16,636 bases of DNA from Acidobacteriota bacterium (GTDB lineage Bacteria; Acidobacteriota; UBA6911; JACQSX01): the NCBI GenBank assembly GCA_036507075.1, contig DASXQR010000210.1:1-16636 (forward strand), read 5' to 3'. How positions within the stretch are numbered: position 1 is the first letter of the stretch; each line of letters starts with the position of its first letter. The position numbers and the translations under genes are program-made. Positions 15,135 to 16,636 of the stretch are shown here, one piece after another. Below the pieces are notes generated by a model. The model saw only the letters and a program-made list of their open reading frames with translations. It was not told where the DNA came from and ran no database searches.

Positions 15135-15923
15135 ATGCTGAACCGTCTTGAGCGGAAGTTGCGTTATTTTGCCGTCCATGATTTGACTCTATATCTGGTA
15201 GCCGGCCAGGGTCTTTTCTTTGTGATGGGGCTGGTCAAACCGGAAATCCTGGACCGCGTGGTGCTGGTTCCCGCTCTGGTTATCAACGGCGAAGTGTGGC
15301 GGCTGGCGACCTTCGTGTTTTACCCGCCGGTGTCAAATCCCTTATTTGCGGTTTTTACTCTCTATTTCTTCTATTTGATGGGCACCGCGCTGGAAAACCA
15401 TTGGGGAGCGTTTCGCTACAACATCTACCTGCTGATCGCGTACGTGGCGACTATAGCCGCGGCTTTCCTGTTCCCTGCACAGGCGGCTACCAACGTTTAC
15501 ATCGTAGGCTCAGTATTCCTGGCGTTTGCCTATCTTTATCCGGAATTTGTGATTTACCTCTTCTTCATTCTGCCCGTAAAGATTAAATGGATCGCGGCGC
15601 TCACCTGGCTGTTTTACTTTATTAACTTTGCGTTCGGCGCCTGGCAGGCGCGAGCCATGGTGGTCGCATCGGTGGCAAATTTCCTCCTTTTTTTTGGTCG
15701 AGACATAATGCTCCAAATGCGGTACGGAGGCAGAAAGATGCACTGGCAGGCCAGGCAGTTCGCCGAAAGCAATAAGCCGGTCCACGTCTGTGCGGTTTGC
15801 GGCAAGACGGACCTGACGCATCCCGAAATGGATTTCCGCTACTGCGGGCAGTGCCGGGAACGGCATGGATACTGCGAGCAGCACATCCGCAATCATGAAC
15901 ACAAAGTCGACACTGGGGGATAA
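15135..15923 (+). CDS. Derlin/rhomboid-like membrane protein with a C-terminal AN1-like zinc finger
   Basis: GEVWRLATF (WR motif), MGTALENHWG, FAYLYPE..IYLFFILPVKIKW; C-terminal C-x2-C-x14-C-x2-C-x6-C-x2-H-x3-H-x-H. Confidence 0.75.
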   Translation: MLNRLERKLRYFAVHDLTLYLVAGQGLFFVMGLVKPEILDRVVLVPALVINGEVWRLATFVFYPPVSNPLFAVFTLYFFYLMGTALENHWGAFRYNIYLLIAYVATIAAAFLFPAQAATNVYIVGSVFLAFAYLYPEFVIYLFFILPVKIKWIAALTWLFYFINFAFGAWQARAMVVASVANFLLFFGRDIMLQMRYGGRKMHWQARQFAESNKPVHVCAVCGKTDLTHPEMDFRYCGQCRERHGYCEQHIRNHEHKVDTGG

Positions 15924-15939
15924 CCAAACAGGGGTATCT

Positions 15940-16302
15940 ATGTTTAAGGCACTCAATATCGTGATGATAGTTCTGCTCTTGATATCGGTGGGTCTGCAGT
16001 ACAACGATCCGGACCCGATTCGCTGGATGTCGATTTACGGCGTGGCGGCAATACTATCCATTGCCGAGGGAAAGCTCGGCAAAATAGGTGTGATCGCGCC
16101 GGTGGTTGTGGCTGTTGTCGCGCTCCTCTGGGCGGCAATTATTGCTCATGGAATGAAGGCGAGCGTCACCACCCCGGAGCTGTTCCGCCGGATGGATCCC
16201 AACCGGCCGGAGATTGAGGAAGGCCGCGAGATCGGCGGATTGCTGATTGTGGCGGCGTGGATGGTCGTGCTTGCAGTCCGAAGCTATATCCGCCGTAGTT
16301 GA
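15940..16302 (+). CDS. Transmembrane 220 (TMEM220) family protein
   Basis: QYNDPDPIRWMSIY and EEGREIGGLLI signatures; four hydrophobic helices; AGGGGT SD before the ATG at 15940. Confidence 0.85.
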   Translation: MFKALNIVMIVLLLISVGLQYNDPDPIRWMSIYGVAAILSIAEGKLGKIGVIAPVVVAVVALLWAAIIAHGMKASVTTPELFRRMDPNRPEIEEGREIGGLLIVAAWMVVLAVRSYIRRS

Positions 16303-16314
16303 ACATCAAAAACT

Positions 16315-16353
16315 CACCACAAAGACACAGCGCAGCTGCAGGCCGCAACCAAA
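16315..16353 (+). repeat. Truncated left arm of the 8/9-nt family fused to a GC-rich motif
   Basis: CACCACAAAG-ACACAG then CGCAGCTGCAGGCCGCAACCAAA, 12 bp after the stop codon. Confidence 0.6.
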
Positions 16354-16365
16354 CAAAAAGCCGAA

Positions 16366-16533
16366 GACGGTCACGTGCACGTCAACCAGAGACGTCGACG
16401 CTCACGTCCACGCCCGCAAAAAACAAACGCAAATCTGCACCCCGGCTGGTTAAGTATGCACCAGGCGACAAACAGCATGTACTTGGTGATCGTTGACGTG
16501 CACGTAGTCGCAAAACGTAGACGTTGACGTCAC
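16366..16533. repeat. Degenerate inverted clusters of 6-nt (C/G)ACGTN repeats
   Basis: ACGTGCACGTCAAC (16373-16386) is the perfect reverse complement of GTTGACGTGCACGT (16492-16505). Further GACGTC/CACGTC/GACGTT units lie on both sides. Confidence 0.7.
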
Positions 16534-16636
16534 TGCTGTCCAAATCAGCCGGCATTCTTGTACTCACGTTAATGTTTTCCTCGGTACTGGTTGGATTTTG
16601 TCCCCGTGCCGTGTCCAGGCCTATCCAAACATGGTA

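Overview
Bacterial chromosomal window, most likely Acidobacteriota (inferred from two acidobacterial-type VWA proteins and a carboxypeptidase-regulatory-domain/Oar-type TonB-dependent receptor). The first ~1 kb is the right end of an integrated element: a 5'-truncated tyrosine integrase, tandem arm-type sites and a duplicated tRNA-Ser 3' fragment (att site). The rest is host DNA: VWA protein, DUF5666-like periplasmic protein plus TonB-dependent receptor, gltX plus a GT2 glycosyltransferase, a second VWA protein, an alpha/beta hydrolase, a small secreted protein, an S8 peptidase, a stand-alone membrane sensor-like protein, a Derlin/rhomboid-like protein with a Zn finger, and a TMEM220-like protein. 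Two things stand out. (1) A sigma-54 promoter precedes an S8 peptidase ending in nine in-register hexapeptides (eight are x-hydrophobic-hydrophobic-W-[AS]-[DES]), followed by a membrane sensor-like gene. This is a candidate peptide-signal/sensor module. (2) Non-coding hairpin elements sit just behind many stop codons, built from 8/9-nt tandem-repeat arms. Three long inverted repeats have mutually unrelated inner arms yet nearly the same loop length (35, 35, 34 nt). Family assignments come from motif recognition by eye; no searches were run.
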